From positions 1 through 64,000 of the forward strand of contig CAXXHO010000006.1 in NCBI GenBank assembly GCA_963667725.2: a stretch of DNA of 64,000 nt. Direction: 5' to 3'. Origin of the DNA: Treponemataceae bacterium (GTDB lineage: Bacteria; Spirochaetota; Spirochaetia; Treponematales; Rectinemataceae). The notes beneath the pieces are model-generated. The model did no database searches, was not told where the DNA came from, and saw nothing but the letters and a program-made list of their open reading frames with translations. How positions within the stretch are numbered: position 1 is the stretch's first letter; each line of letters opens with the position of its first letter. The position numbers were made by a program, and so were the translations under genes. Positions 20,720-29,883 of this stretch are shown here, piece after piece.

Positions 20720-21627
20720 GCCGCGCCCCCCGCCCCAAGGCCGCCGTGCCGTTCCGCGACCGCCCCCTCGGCAAGGCCCTGGCCGAGTACGCCGAAAGCC
20801 CCTCGGCCATCATCGCCGCCGTCATCGTGGCTCTCTTCGTCCTGGCCGCGGCAGCCGCCAGCATCATCGCGCCGCAAGACCCCTACGACCTCGCCAAACT
20901 CGACCTCCTGGACGGCGCCCTGCCGCCCCTCTCCAAGAGCTTCTCCGGCATGACCTACCTCCTCGGCACCGACGAACAGGGCAGGGACATGCTCTCCGCC
21001 ATCCTCTACGGCATGCGCATCAGCCTCTCGGTCGGCATCATCAGCACCATCGCCGCCTTCATCCTCGGCACCTCGCTCGGCCTCATCGCCGCCTACAAGG
21101 GCGGCCGCTTCGACACCCTCCTCATGCGCGTCGTCGACCTCCAGCTCAGCTTCCCGGCCCTGCTTATCGCGCTGGTCCTCCTCGTCGTCCTCGGCCAGGG
21201 CGTGGACAAAATCACACTCGCCCTCGTCATCGTCCACTGGGCCTACTTCGCCCGCGCCGCCCGCGGCTCCGCTCTGGCCGAGCGCAACCGCGAATACATC
21301 GAGGCCGCCCGCGCCCTGCGCCTCTCGGAGGCCCGCATCATCTTCCGCCACCTCATGCCCAACGTCATGCCCTCCATCATCGTCATCGCCACCACTATGG
21401 TGGCCAGGGCCATCTCCACGGAAGCCACCCTGAGCTTCCTCGGCATCGGCCTGCCGATCACCGAGCCCTCGCTCGGCCTCCTCATCTCCAACGGATTCCG
21501 CTACCTCCTCTCCGGAAAGTACTGGATCAGCTTCTACCCAGGCATCGCCCTGGTCGTCGTGATCGTCGCCCTCAACATGATGGGCGACCGCCTGCGCGAC
21601 GTGCTCAACCCGAGGCTCAAGCGATGA
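20716..21627 (+). CDS. Peptide ABC transporter permease (DppC family)
   Basis: ATGA overlap at 20716; LGTDEQGRD, RHLMPN, GDRLRDVLNPR. Confidence 0.93.
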   Translation: MSRAPRPKAAVPFRDRPLGKALAEYAESPSAIIAAVIVALFVLAAAAASIIAPQDPYDLAKLDLLDGALPPLSKSFSGMTYLLGTDEQGRDMLSAILYGMRISLSVGIISTIAAFILGTSLGLIAAYKGGRFDTLLMRVVDLQLSFPALLIALVLLVVLGQGVDKITLALVIVHWAYFARAARGSALAERNREYIEAARALRLSEARIIFRHLMPNVMPSIIVIATTMVARAISTEATLSFLGIGLPITEPSLGLLISNGFRYLLSGKYWISFYPGIALVVVIVALNMMGDRLRDVLNPRLKR

Positions 21628-22616
21628 CAGCCCCCACCACAGCCCCCACCCTGGACGTGCGCGATCTCCGGACCTCCTTCTTCACCAAGGCGGGCGAGGT
21701 CAAGGCCGTCAACGACATCTCCTTCACCCTGGACGCCGGGGAAGTGCTCGGCATCGTGGGCGAGTCCGGCTCCGGCAAGAGCGTCACCGGCTTCTCCATC
21801 CTCGGCCTCGTGGACAGCCCGGGGAGGATCGCCGGCGGCCATATTCTCTTCAAAGGCGAGGACATGCTCGCCATGGGCGAGGAACGCCGCCGCCAGCTGC
21901 GCGGCTCGGCCATCGCCGCGGTCTTCCAGGACCCCCTGATGACCCTGAACCCCGTCCTGCGCATCGGCACCCAGATGGTCGAGGCCGTGCGCGCCCACGC
22001 CAAAGTGAGCGAGGCCGAAGCCAGGAACCGCGCCGTAGAAGCCCTGCGCAAGGTCGGCATCCCCTCGCCGGAGGAAAGGCTCGCCGCCTACCCCCACCAG
22101 TTCTCGGGCGGCATGCGCCAGCGCGTCTGCATCGCCATCGCCCTCCTGAACCAGCCCGCCCTCATCATCGCCGACGAGCCCACTACCGCCCTGGACGTCA
22201 CCATCCAGGCCCAAATCCTGTACGAAATGCGCGCCCTCTGCGCCGAGTCGGGCACCGCCCTGATCTGGATCACCCACGACCTCTCCGTGGTGGCCGGCCT
22301 GGCCGATAAAATCTGCGTGATGTACGCCGGCAAGATCGTGGAGCGCGGCACCGTGGACCAGATCCTGGACCACCCCCGCCATCCCTACACCCGAGGCCTG
22401 ATCCGTTCCCTGCCCGCGCGCTCGGCTCGGGGCGGCGAACTCTACCAGATCCCCGGCATGACCCCCTCTCCCCTCGCCATCGGCGAGGAATGCGCCTTCC
22501 GGGCGCGCTGCCCCAGGGCCGACGCCGCTTGCGATCGCGACCCCGCCGAAACCGAGCTCGGCCCCGGCCGCGGCTGCCGCTGCCATCACCCCCACAGCGA
22601 GGAGGAACCGGTATGA
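21624..22616 (+). CDS. Peptide ABC transporter ATP-binding protein (DppD family)
   Basis: [29 protein letters not shown]. Confidence 0.95.
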   Translation: MTAPTTAPTLDVRDLRTSFFTKAGEVKAVNDISFTLDAGEVLGIVGESGSGKSVTGFSILGLVDSPGRIAGGHILFKGEDMLAMGEERRRQLRGSAIAAVFQDPLMTLNPVLRIGTQMVEAVRAHAKVSEAEARNRAVEALRKVGIPSPEERLAAYPHQFSGGMRQRVCIAIALLNQPALIIADEPTTALDVTIQAQILYEMRALCAESGTALIWITHDLSVVAGLADKICVMYAGKIVERGTVDQILDHPRHPYTRGLIRSLPARSARGGELYQIPGMTPSPLAIGEECAFRARCPRADAACDRDPAETELGPGRGCRCHHPHSEEEPV

Positions 22617-23611
22617 GCGATCCCATCCTCACCGTCGAGGGCGTCTCCAAGGTTTTTTCCAAGAAACTCGACCTGCCCGCCAAGATCGTCAAACGCCTCG
22701 GCGGCCATGTCGACGAGCGCGCCGTCCGCGCCGTGGACAACGTCAGCTTCACCCTCGCCCGGGGCGAGGTCGTGGGCCTGGTCGGCGAGTCCGGCTGCGG
22801 CAAGTCCACTTTAGGGCGCATGGCCGTGGGACTCCTTCCGCCCAGCGCGGGCAAGGTCCTGTACAACGGCGTCTCCCTGGCCGACGCCCGCACCAAAGCC
22901 GAGCGCCTCAAGGCCCTGGGCGCCCAGATGATCTTCCAGGACCCCTACGCCTCCCTCAACCCCCGCCTCCGCGTGCGGGACATCGTCGGCGAGGCCCCCC
23001 TCGTCCACGGCCTCGTGGCCGCCGAAAACCTCGACGCCTGGGTGGCCGAAACCCTCGCCCGCTGCGGCCTCGACCCCGCCTACATGGACCGCTACCCCCA
23101 CCAGTTCTCCGGCGGCCAGCGCCAGCGCGTCGGCATAGCCCGCGCCCTGGCCGTGCGCCCCGAGCTGATCGTGGCCGACGAGGCCGTCGCCTCCCTGGAC
23201 GTCTCCATCCAGGCCCAGATCCTCAACCTCTTCATGAAACTGCGCGAGGAACTTTCCTTAAGCTATCTTTTCGTCAGCCACTCGATCGGCGTGGTCAAGC
23301 ACATCTCCGACCGCGTCATGGTCATGTACCTGGGCCGCCTCGTGGAAGAAGGCCCCGCAGCGGAGCTCTTCGCCGCGCCCAACCACCCCTACACCCAGGC
23401 CCTTTTAAGCCAGGTGCCCAAAATCGAGGACCGCAAGGCCGCCTACCGCCCCGTCAAGGGCGAGATTCCCTCGCCCCTGGACCCGCCGCCCGGCTGCCAT
23501 TTCCACCCCCGCTGCCCCCACGCCATGCCCCTCTGCCGCGAGGCGGCGCCGGCGCTCGCGGAGATCGCCCCAGGCAGGCGCTCCGCCTGCCACCTCAACG
23601 CAAAACGTTAA
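22613..23611 (+). CDS. Peptide ABC transporter ATP-binding protein (DppF family)
   Basis: ATGA overlap at 22613; [29 protein letters not shown]. Confidence 0.95.
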   Translation: MSDPILTVEGVSKVFSKKLDLPAKIVKRLGGHVDERAVRAVDNVSFTLARGEVVGLVGESGCGKSTLGRMAVGLLPPSAGKVLYNGVSLADARTKAERLKALGAQMIFQDPYASLNPRLRVRDIVGEAPLVHGLVAAENLDAWVAETLARCGLDPAYMDRYPHQFSGGQRQRVGIARALAVRPELIVADEAVASLDVSIQAQILNLFMKLREELSLSYLFVSHSIGVVKHISDRVMVMYLGRLVEEGPAAELFAAPNHPYTQALLSQVPKIEDRKAAYRPVKGEIPSPLDPPPGCHFHPRCPHAMPLCREAAPALAEIAPGRRSACHLNAKR

Positions 23612-23636
23612 AAAATCGGGGTCAGACCCCGTTTTT
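23611..23636. repeat. Short REP-like palindrome GGGGTCAGACCCC, copy A
   Basis: AAAAATCGGGGTCAGACCCCGTTTTT; the 16-mer ATCGGGGTCAGACCCC recurs at 29139-29154. Confidence 0.7.
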
Positions 23637-23666
23637 CAACGAGCGGCCTAAATAACGGAGGCTCCC

Positions 23667-25580
23667 ATGCCCGATGCGACGAAAACCTACGTCCTCCTCT
23701 CCAATGTCATGGTCCCGATGCGCGACGGCGTCCGCCTGGCCACCGACATCTACCTGCCCGCCGCCGGCGGGGAGAGCGGCGGCCAAGCCGCTCTCCCGGG
23801 ACCCTTCCCCGTCATCCTGGAGCGCACCCCCTACGACAAGACCACCCCCTCCCGCTCGGAGCGGAGCGTGGCCGACCCCCAGCCTCTGAGCCGCGCCCAA
23901 GTGGCGGCCTACTTCGTCGAACGCGGCTACGCCTTCGTCTACCAGGACTGCCGCGGCACCCACCACTCGGAAGGCGCCTTCACCAAATACCTCTCCGAAG
24001 GCGAGGACGGCTTCGACGCCATCGCCTGGATCGCCGCCCAGAGCTGGTGCGACGGCCATGTCGGTACCATGGGCCTCTCCTACGCGGCCCACACCCAAGT
24101 GGCGGCCGCCTGCCTGGCGCCCCCCGCCCTCAAGGCCATGTTCGTCGACTCGGGCGGCTTTCACGACGCCTACCAGGGCGGCATAAGGCAGGGCGGGGCC
24201 TTCGAGCTCAAGCAGGCCACCTGGGCCATGCGCCAGGCCATCCAGAGCCCCGAGGCCGCTGCCGACCCCCTCGTCAAGGGCGCGCTGGAATCCGAATTCG
24301 CCCACATCCGCGCCTGGTTCCGCGCCCTCCCCTGGCGCGCCGGCCAGTCCCCCCTGCGCTGGCTCCCCGACTTCGAGGACTATTTATTGGAGCAGTGGGG
24401 CCATGGCCGGTACGACGAATTCTGGCGCCGGCTCGGCATCTGCGCCGCCGCCTATATGGACGGCTTCGCGGCCATCCCCATGGTCCACATGTCCAGCTGG
24501 TACGACCCCTACCCCCGCACTGCCACCGAGAACTACCAAGACCTGAAACGACGAGGCAAAGGCCCCCTGGCCCTCATCCTCGGCCCCTGGACCCACGGCG
24601 ACCGCTGCCTCACCTATGCGGGCGACGTCGACTTCGGCCCCCGCGCCCCCCTGGAGGGGAACGTGGCCCCCGACTTCCTCCAGCTCCGCCTCGCCTGGTT
24701 CGACCGCTGGCTCAAAGCCCCCGCCCCCGGCGACCAAGCCCAAGCCCAGCCCGAGACCGACCCCCCCGTGCGCTATTTCCGCATGGGCGGCGGCTCCGGC
24801 CGCAAAAACGCCCAGGGCCGGCTCGAGCACGGCGGCGAGTGGCGAAGCGCCCCCGACTGGCCCCTGCCCGACGCCGAGCGCCGAGCCCTCCACCTCCTTC
24901 CCGGCGGGCTCCTGGGCGACACGCCGCCACAAGAGGAAACCTCGATCGCCTACCGCTACGACCCCTGCGACCCCGTCCCCTCCATCGGCGGCTCCATCAC
25001 CTCCGGCGAACCCATCATGCGCGGCGGCGCCTTCGACCAGGTCGAGGACGAGCGCTTCTTCGGCTGCGCCCACCCCGGCCTCCCCCTCGCGGCGCGCCCC
25101 GACATCCTCGTCTTCCAAACCGAGCCCCTGGCGAGCGCCCTCGAGGTGACCGGCCCCATCGAGGCCGAACTCTGGATCTCCTCCGACTGCCCGGACACCG
25201 ACTTCACCATCAAGCTGATCGACGTCTACCCGCCCTCGGCCGACTACCCCCGCGGCTTCGCCATGAACCTGACGGACGGCATCCTGCGCGCCCGCTACCG
25301 CGACTCCTGGGAATCGCCGGAACCCCTGGAGCCCGGCAGGATCTACAGGGTCACGGTGCGCGCCTTCCCCACCAGCAACCTCTTCGCCGCCGGCCACCGC
25401 ATCCGGCTGGACGTCTCCAGCTCCAACTTCCCCCACTTCGACGCCAACCCCAACTCAGGCGAGCCCGAGGGCTCCTCCCGCACCTGCCGCGCGGCGACGA
25501 ACGCCCTGCATCTGGGGCCGGAGCACCCCTCCCGCCTATTCCTTCCTTGTAGGACAGGATCACAGGAACCCCAGGACTGA
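23667..25580 (+). CDS. CocE/NonD family hydrolase (peptidase S15)
   Basis: MRDGVRLATDIY, ERTPY, QDCRG, nucleophile GLSY, GPWTHG, RIRLDVSSSNFPHFDANPN; last residues and stop lie inside repeat copy 5. Confidence 0.93.
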   Translation: MPDATKTYVLLSNVMVPMRDGVRLATDIYLPAAGGESGGQAALPGPFPVILERTPYDKTTPSRSERSVADPQPLSRAQVAAYFVERGYAFVYQDCRGTHHSEGAFTKYLSEGEDGFDAIAWIAAQSWCDGHVGTMGLSYAAHTQVAAACLAPPALKAMFVDSGGFHDAYQGGIRQGGAFELKQATWAMRQAIQSPEAAADPLVKGALESEFAHIRAWFRALPWRAGQSPLRWLPDFEDYLLEQWGHGRYDEFWRRLGICAAAYMDGFAAIPMVHMSSWYDPYPRTATENYQDLKRRGKGPLALILGPWTHGDRCLTYAGDVDFGPRAPLEGNVAPDFLQLRLAWFDRWLKAPAPGDQAQAQPETDPPVRYFRMGGGSGRKNAQGRLEHGGEWRSAPDWPLPDAERRALHLLPGGLLGDTPPQEETSIAYRYDPCDPVPSIGGSITSGEPIMRGGAFDQVEDERFFGCAHPGLPLAARPDILVFQTEPLASALEVTGPIEAELWISSDCPDTDFTIKLIDVYPPSADYPRGFAMNLTDGILRARYRDSWESPEPLEPGRIYRVTVRAFPTSNLFAAGHRIRLDVSSSNFPHFDANPNSGEPEGSSRTCRAATNALHLGPEHPSRLFLPCRTGSQEPQD

Positions 25581-25712
25581 CAGGAGAGAGCTTTTAGTTA
25601 GGAAAGAGAAGAGAAGAAAGAGAAAATTAGAAAGGTTAGGAGAAGAGCCGCGCGTTCTCCTAACCCAAAAACATTCTCTACGTAAATCCTGTCCCATCCC
25701 GTAATCCTGTCC
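25552..25712 (+). repeat. GACAGGA/TCCTGTC palindromic element, copy 5
   Basis: GGACAGGATCACAGGA...GCTTTTAGTTAGGAAAGAGAA...GCGTTCTCCTAACCCAAAAA...ATCCTGTCC. Confidence 0.92.
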
Positions 25713-25729
25713 AATATCCTATCAATTGA

Positions 25730-25773
25730 GCAACTAAAATATAGTTGCATCATTGCCATGGAGGTAGTACACT
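25730..25773 (+). promoter_or_regulatory. sigma70 promoter with overlapping operator for hicAB
   Basis: TTGCAT(25745)-N17-TACACT(25768); palindrome GCAACTA-N5-TAGTTGC (25730-25748) overlaps the -35. Confidence 0.65.
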
Positions 25774-25778
25774 TACCT

Positions 25779-26036
25779 ATGAGCCGAGATGAAAAGCTGC
25801 TAAAACGTTTTCTGGCTCGCCCGAAAGATTTCACCTACGACGAGCTGCGAAACCTGCTTTCGAGGTTTGGATATGAGGCAGACCGCCAAGGCAAGACATC
25901 CGGATCACGAGTGGGGTTTATCAATGCAAAGACAAAACACATCATACGGCTGCATAAACCTCATCCGGGAAATGAATTGAAGATGTACCAGATCGACCTG
26001 ATACGGGAAGCGCTGGAAACCAGGGGGCTGTTATGA
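25779..26036 (+). CDS. hicA: HicA family toxin
   Basis: FTYDELRNLLSRFGY, GKTSGSRV, IRLHKPHPGNELKMYQI; coupled to HicB. Confidence 0.9.
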   Translation: MSRDEKLLKRFLARPKDFTYDELRNLLSRFGYEADRQGKTSGSRVGFINAKTKHIIRLHKPHPGNELKMYQIDLIREALETRGLL

Positions 26037-26518
26037 AAGACGTTCTTACCTATAAAGACTATATGGGCTCGGTACATTACTGCGCCGAAGACGAAATCTT
26101 CTATGGCAAATTGGAAGGGATAGAAGACCTGGTGACCTTTGAGGCGAAAAACGTCGACGCCCTCAAATCCGCCTTTAAAGAATCCGTTGAAGACTATCTT
26201 GAAACCTGCAAACGAGAGGACAAGGAAACGGAAAAATCCTATAAGGGAAGCTTCAACGTGAGAATTTCACCCGAACTTCATAAAAGCGCAAAGCGAGCGG
26301 CGGTTGAGCAGGGAATCTCGCTTAACCAGCTCATGCAGAAAGCCCTTGAGAATGAACTCTTAAAGACAAAGTTGAAGAAATTTCGCATCAAGCCCGAGGG
26401 TTCGACTCCCTCCTCGGGCAAATGGCAGGGCGACAAGCCTTCCCGACAGGATGACAGGACCCCCATGACTCACAGGAAAAAGCCTTTGGTTAACAAAGAG
26501 AAGATCGGCGATAAGTAA
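26033..26518 (+). CDS. hicB: HicB family antitoxin with non-homologous C-terminal read-through extension
   Basis: LTYKDYMGSV, AFKESVEDYL, KSYKGSFNVRISPELH, GISLNQ; about 50 extra residues run into repeat copy 6. Confidence 0.9.
   Translation: MKDVLTYKDYMGSVHYCAEDEIFYGKLEGIEDLVTFEAKNVDALKSAFKESVEDYLETCKREDKETEKSYKGSFNVRISPELHKSAKRAAVEQGISLNQLMQKALENELLKTKLKKFRIKPEGSTPSSGKWQGDKPSRQDDRTPMTHRKKPLVNKEKIGDK
26392..26420 (+). other. tRNA 3'-end remnant (T-arm plus acceptor 3' strand, Leu-like), possible att scar
   Basis: GAGGG-TTCGACT-CCCTC followed by CTCGGGC-A; preceded by GCCC giving GCCCGAG. Confidence 0.5.
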
Positions 26519-26607
26519 CCGAGCCAGTCTCCGAGAAGCGCCGCGCGTTCTCCTTCCTAACCCAAAACTCTTTCCTGTTAATCCTGTCCCAATCCTGTCA
26601 TCCTGTC
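26445..26607 (+). repeat. GACAGGA/TCCTGTC palindromic element, copy 6
   Basis: Perfect 15-bp terminal IR GACAGGATGACAGGA / TCCTGTCATCCTGTC. Confidence 0.92.
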
Positions 26608-26610
26608 CAA

Positions 26611-26668
26611 CACAAAACTTGTACGACTTTTGTGCAACTAATCACAAAAGAGGCTACACTTTTGTGAT
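26611..26668. promoter_or_regulatory. Tandem operator-like palindromes upstream of the AAA+ gene
   Basis: CACAAAA-N10-TTTTGTG (26611-26634) and ATCACAAAAG-N8-CTTTTGTGAT (26641-26668). Confidence 0.6.
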
Positions 26669-26689
26669 GACCTGTAATACACTTGTAGT

Positions 26690-28033
26690 ATGGAAAGAAA
26701 AGCCCTCTCAGCCCTGCTGGCGTGGCAACGTGATCCGCGCAGAAAGCCTCTCGTCCTGAACGGTGCCCGCCAAGTCGGCAAAACATGGCTGCTCAAAGAA
26801 TTCGGCAAAAGCGCCTACCAAAACGTCGCCTACATAAATTTCGAGTCCAATGAGCGTATGACAACGCTCTTTTCCTCCAACGTGGACCCTGCGCGCCTCC
26901 TCATGGGCTTGCGCGTGGAGACGGGCGTGCCCATCGAGCCCGAAAAGACGCTCATCGTATTCGATGAAGTCCAAGCGAACCCGAAAGCCCTCACCTCGCT
27001 CAAGTATTTTTATGAGAATGCTCCCCAGTACCACCTTATCGCGGCAGGATCGCTCTTGGGGATCTCGCTGCATGCGGACACTTCCTTCCCCGTCGGCAAA
27101 GTCGACTTCTTGAATCTCTATCCGCTCTCCTTCCTAGAATTCTTGAAAGCCATCGGCGAGCCTGAGCTGGCGGACCTTGTCGCATCAGGCGACTGGTCCA
27201 TGATCGATGCGTTCAGGGAAAAGCTGACCGAATCCCTGCGCTCTTACTATTGCGTCGGCGGCATGCCAGAGAGCGTGGTCACCTTCGTGGAGACCAAGGA
27301 TCTCGACAAGGTCCGCGTCTTCCAGAAAGCGCTGCTTGAAGCCTATGAACGGGATTTTTCAAAATACGCGAAACCAGACACGGTCCCTCGGATCCGGGCG
27401 GTCTGGAATTCCCTGCCGGCCCAATTGGCCCGGGAACAGAAAAAATTCGTGTACGGCCTCGTCCGCGAGGGCGCCAGGGCGAGAGAATATGAATCCGCGA
27501 TCGAATGGCTCTGCGACGCTGGCCTGTCGCGTAAAATCTTCAGAGTCTCGAAGCCCGGGCTCCCGCTCAAGGCATATCAGGAGCTCAACGCGTTCAAGCT
27601 CTACATGCTCGATATCGGGCTGCTGGCGGCGCATGCGGGCTTGTCGATGCAGGCGGTATTGCGGGGGAACGCCCTTTTCGAAGAATTCAAGGGTGCTTTG
27701 ACCGAACAATATGTCGCGCAGGAATTGTGTCTCATGGAAGAAATGGATGCCTCATACTGGTCGAGCGACACCTCCCGGGCCGAGGTCGATTTTTTGCTTC
27801 AGGCCCAAGGTTCTGTTTACCCCCTCGAAGTAAAAGCGGCGGAAAACCTGCAAGCCAAGAGCCTCCGCGTCTATTACGACAAGTTTTCGCCCCCGTGCGC
27901 CTTTCGAACCTCGCTGTCGCCCTACCGCGAACAAAGCTGGCTGACGAACATCCCCCTCTACGCGCTCTCCCTGCTCGATAAGGCGACAGGATCACAGGAC
28001 CCCCAGGACCCACAGGAAAGCGCCTTTGGTTAA
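26690..28033 (+). CDS. AAA+ ATPase, AAA_14/DUF4143 family
   Basis: GARQVGKT, FDEVQ, AAGSLLG, FPVGKV, GGMPE, GALTEQYVAQEL, EVDF...PLEVKA; stop inside repeat copy 7. Confidence 0.92.
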   Translation: MERKALSALLAWQRDPRRKPLVLNGARQVGKTWLLKEFGKSAYQNVAYINFESNERMTTLFSSNVDPARLLMGLRVETGVPIEPEKTLIVFDEVQANPKALTSLKYFYENAPQYHLIAAGSLLGISLHADTSFPVGKVDFLNLYPLSFLEFLKAIGEPELADLVASGDWSMIDAFREKLTESLRSYYCVGGMPESVVTFVETKDLDKVRVFQKALLEAYERDFSKYAKPDTVPRIRAVWNSLPAQLAREQKKFVYGLVREGARAREYESAIEWLCDAGLSRKIFRVSKPGLPLKAYQELNAFKLYMLDIGLLAAHAGLSMQAVLRGNALFEEFKGALTEQYVAQELCLMEEMDASYWSSDTSRAEVDFLLQAQGSVYPLEVKAAENLQAKSLRVYYDKFSPPCAFRTSLSPYREQSWLTNIPLYALSLLDKATGSQDPQDPQESAFG

Positions 28034-28153
28034 GAAAGAAAGAGAAGAAAAGAAATAGGTAACCGCGCCAAGCTTCGAGAAGCGCACAGCGTCCTCTTTC
28101 CTAACCCAAAAACATTCTCTTAGTAAATCCTGTCCCATTCCTGTCATCCTGTC
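27985..28153 (+). repeat. GACAGGA/TCCTGTC palindromic element, copy 7
   Basis: GACAGGATCACAGGA...CTTTGGTTAAGAAAG...CTTTCCTAACCCAAAAA...TCCTGTCATCCTGTC. Confidence 0.92.
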
Positions 28154-28155
28154 CT

Positions 28156-29073
28156 CTAATACAAAAACCCAAACAGCCATAAAGGAATCTTCTTCCCAAA
28201 CCCATACTCCAGGTTGTCCGCCGCAATATACCCTTCGGGTATATCCTTGATCTGCCGCCGCGTTTTATTCTTGCCGCCCACCTCAATTGTCGTGAGCTCG
28301 TCCACCAGAAAGTCGCCGGCTTCGGTGTAGGCCACCGAATGATCCTTAGCGAGCTGATTCAGGAGAAAAGTTTCCCGCAGGGCTCCTGTGTCAGCCTGCT
28401 CGCCTCGGAACAGGTAGGCCAGGTTGGTATTGTCCAGGTAGAGCTTGTCGGGCTTTTGCAGGGCGCCAATTCCGTGTGTGTTTCTAAAGAGAGAGTGGGT
28501 CAGCTTGGACTCGCCGAGAAATTGGAGATAGAAGAGCAAGGTTTGCCTATGGATGAGCATCCGCTCGCTCAGCTTTGAAATATTGGGGATAAAGGGCGAG
28601 GTTTCGGCGATAATTCCCAACAGTTGCTTCAGTTTGGGCACATAAGAGATGTCGATATGGCGAAGAAGCGGCAACTCGAGCTCCAGAATCATCATAACGG
28701 TCTCTTCGAGGCGCTGATAATAGGTTTCCACGCCCTCTAAATAGTAGGGGTAATACCCAGTCTGCAGATAGGTGGAAAAGTATTTAAAGGGCTTTATCCG
28801 GGCCAGGATATCAACCGCTATGCTTTCGTGTCGTTCCAGGAGCTCTGGTAATGGAATTGGCTCAAAAGCCGATCCAGTCTGAAAATTCAAGAATTCCCGG
28901 AAAGAGAGTCCCTGCAATTCGTACATCAGCGCCCGGCGGCTCAGATCCGCCCGGGCGTCGAGGATTTCCAGAAGTGAAGAGCCTGTAAAGGCGATGTGGA
29001 GGTCTGGGTAGTCGTCGTAGAGGCTTTTTATCGTCCGCGCCCAATCGGGGTATTTATGCACTTCGTCGAGGAA
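28156..29073 (-). pseudogene. 5'-truncated AAA+ (AAA_14) ATPase lacking Walker A
   Basis: Frame begins FLDEVHKYPDW (Walker B) directly after an in-frame TAG; retains TGSS, DLSRR, GYYPY, KPDKLYLDN, GDFLVD..IEVGG. Confidence 0.8.
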
Positions 29074-29134
29074 CTAGGACTAAATTGTACAGTCTGGTAA
29101 CTAAATATTAGTGAATATGTGTGGTTATAGTGTT

Positions 29135-29160
29135 AAACATCGGGGTCAGACCCCAATTTT
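29135..29160. repeat. Short REP-like palindrome GGGGTCAGACCCC, copy B
   Basis: AAACATCGGGGTCAGACCCCAATTTT. Confidence 0.7.
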
Positions 29161-29169
29161 TAATTTTTA

Positions 29170-29274
29170 GACACGATACCAGGACTTCCAGGATCGACAA
29201 GACAAAGCCTGCTTTTTCTTTCTTAACCCAAAAACTCTTTTCTGTTAATCCTGTCCCCTTCCTGTCATCCTGTC
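29170..29274 (+). repeat. GACAGGA/TCCTGTC element, copy 8 (internally deleted)
   Basis: Degenerate left arm GACACGATACCAGGACTTCCAGGA, no purine core, intact right arm TCTTAACCCAAAAA...AATCCTGTC...TCCTGTCATCCTGTC. Confidence 0.85.
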
Positions 29275-29804
29275 TTAACCCCGACATAAAAAACCACCCC
29301 ATCGGCCAGCCCTCCCATCGCGGAACTTCCATCCCCAAAGCTCAGCTTGCCGAAGAAGCCGCCTCCAATCCGGAATCGCGCGCGGGGGCCGATGCCCAAC
29401 CAGAAGGAGAGGTCCGGAAAGAAGATCGGAGCGACGGTGACTGAAAAACCAGAATCGGCGCAGCCCGCGAGGACGCCGCCTCCAAGGCGGCCTTCGAGGA
29501 TCAGGGCGCCCATGCGCCGTTCCAGCGTAATGTTCGGCCAGGCGTAGGCGCCGAAGCTGGTTCCGACCAGGTAGCAGAGGGATCTGGCGCCCGGGTTCAA
29601 GCTCAGCGGGCCGAGGGGGAAGGCGTAGCCGAGTTCTACGTAGGCCATGGGGAGAGGGATGACGGTGTTTGCCGTGAGTTCGCCGTTCGAGGTGTAGGCG
29701 GCCGCCAGGGGCGCGCCGATGCCGAGGGAAAGGCGAGGGGTACCGTAGGCGGGGAACAGCGCCAGGATCAACAAAATGGCGCCCGTGATCGTCGCGCGTT
29801 TCAT
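29265..29804 (-). CDS. Hypothetical exported or membrane protein (Gly/aromatic-rich)
   Basis: GGAGG RBS, signal peptide MKRATITGAILLILALFPAYG; stop inside repeat copy 8. Confidence 0.7.
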   Translation of the reverse strand: MKRATITGAILLILALFPAYGTPRLSLGIGAPLAAAYTSNGELTANTVIPLPMAYVELGYAFPLGPLSLNPGARSLCYLVGTSFGAYAWPNITLERRMGALILEGRLGGGVLAGCADSGFSVTVAPIFFPDLSFWLGIGPRARFRIGGGFFGKLSFGDGSSAMGGLADGVVFYVGVKTG

Positions 29805-29883
29805 GCGAGCCTCCAGGGGTGAATCGCTTCATCCATGTCCTAAGTATAGTGCGCGCGGCGCGGCTTTTGGTTTTTGTAAAATA

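Noticed and set aside
700..25552. Long overlapping or antisense ORFs (e.g. 702-1766, 2697-4766, 18710-19681, 24047-25552)
   Set aside because: Shadow frames of GC-rich genes with strong third-position bias; low-complexity Arg/Pro/Gly sequences without domain motifs.
26340..26440. Complete tRNA gene
   Set aside because: No D-arm or anticodon arm; only the T-arm and acceptor-like sequence are present (reported as a remnant).
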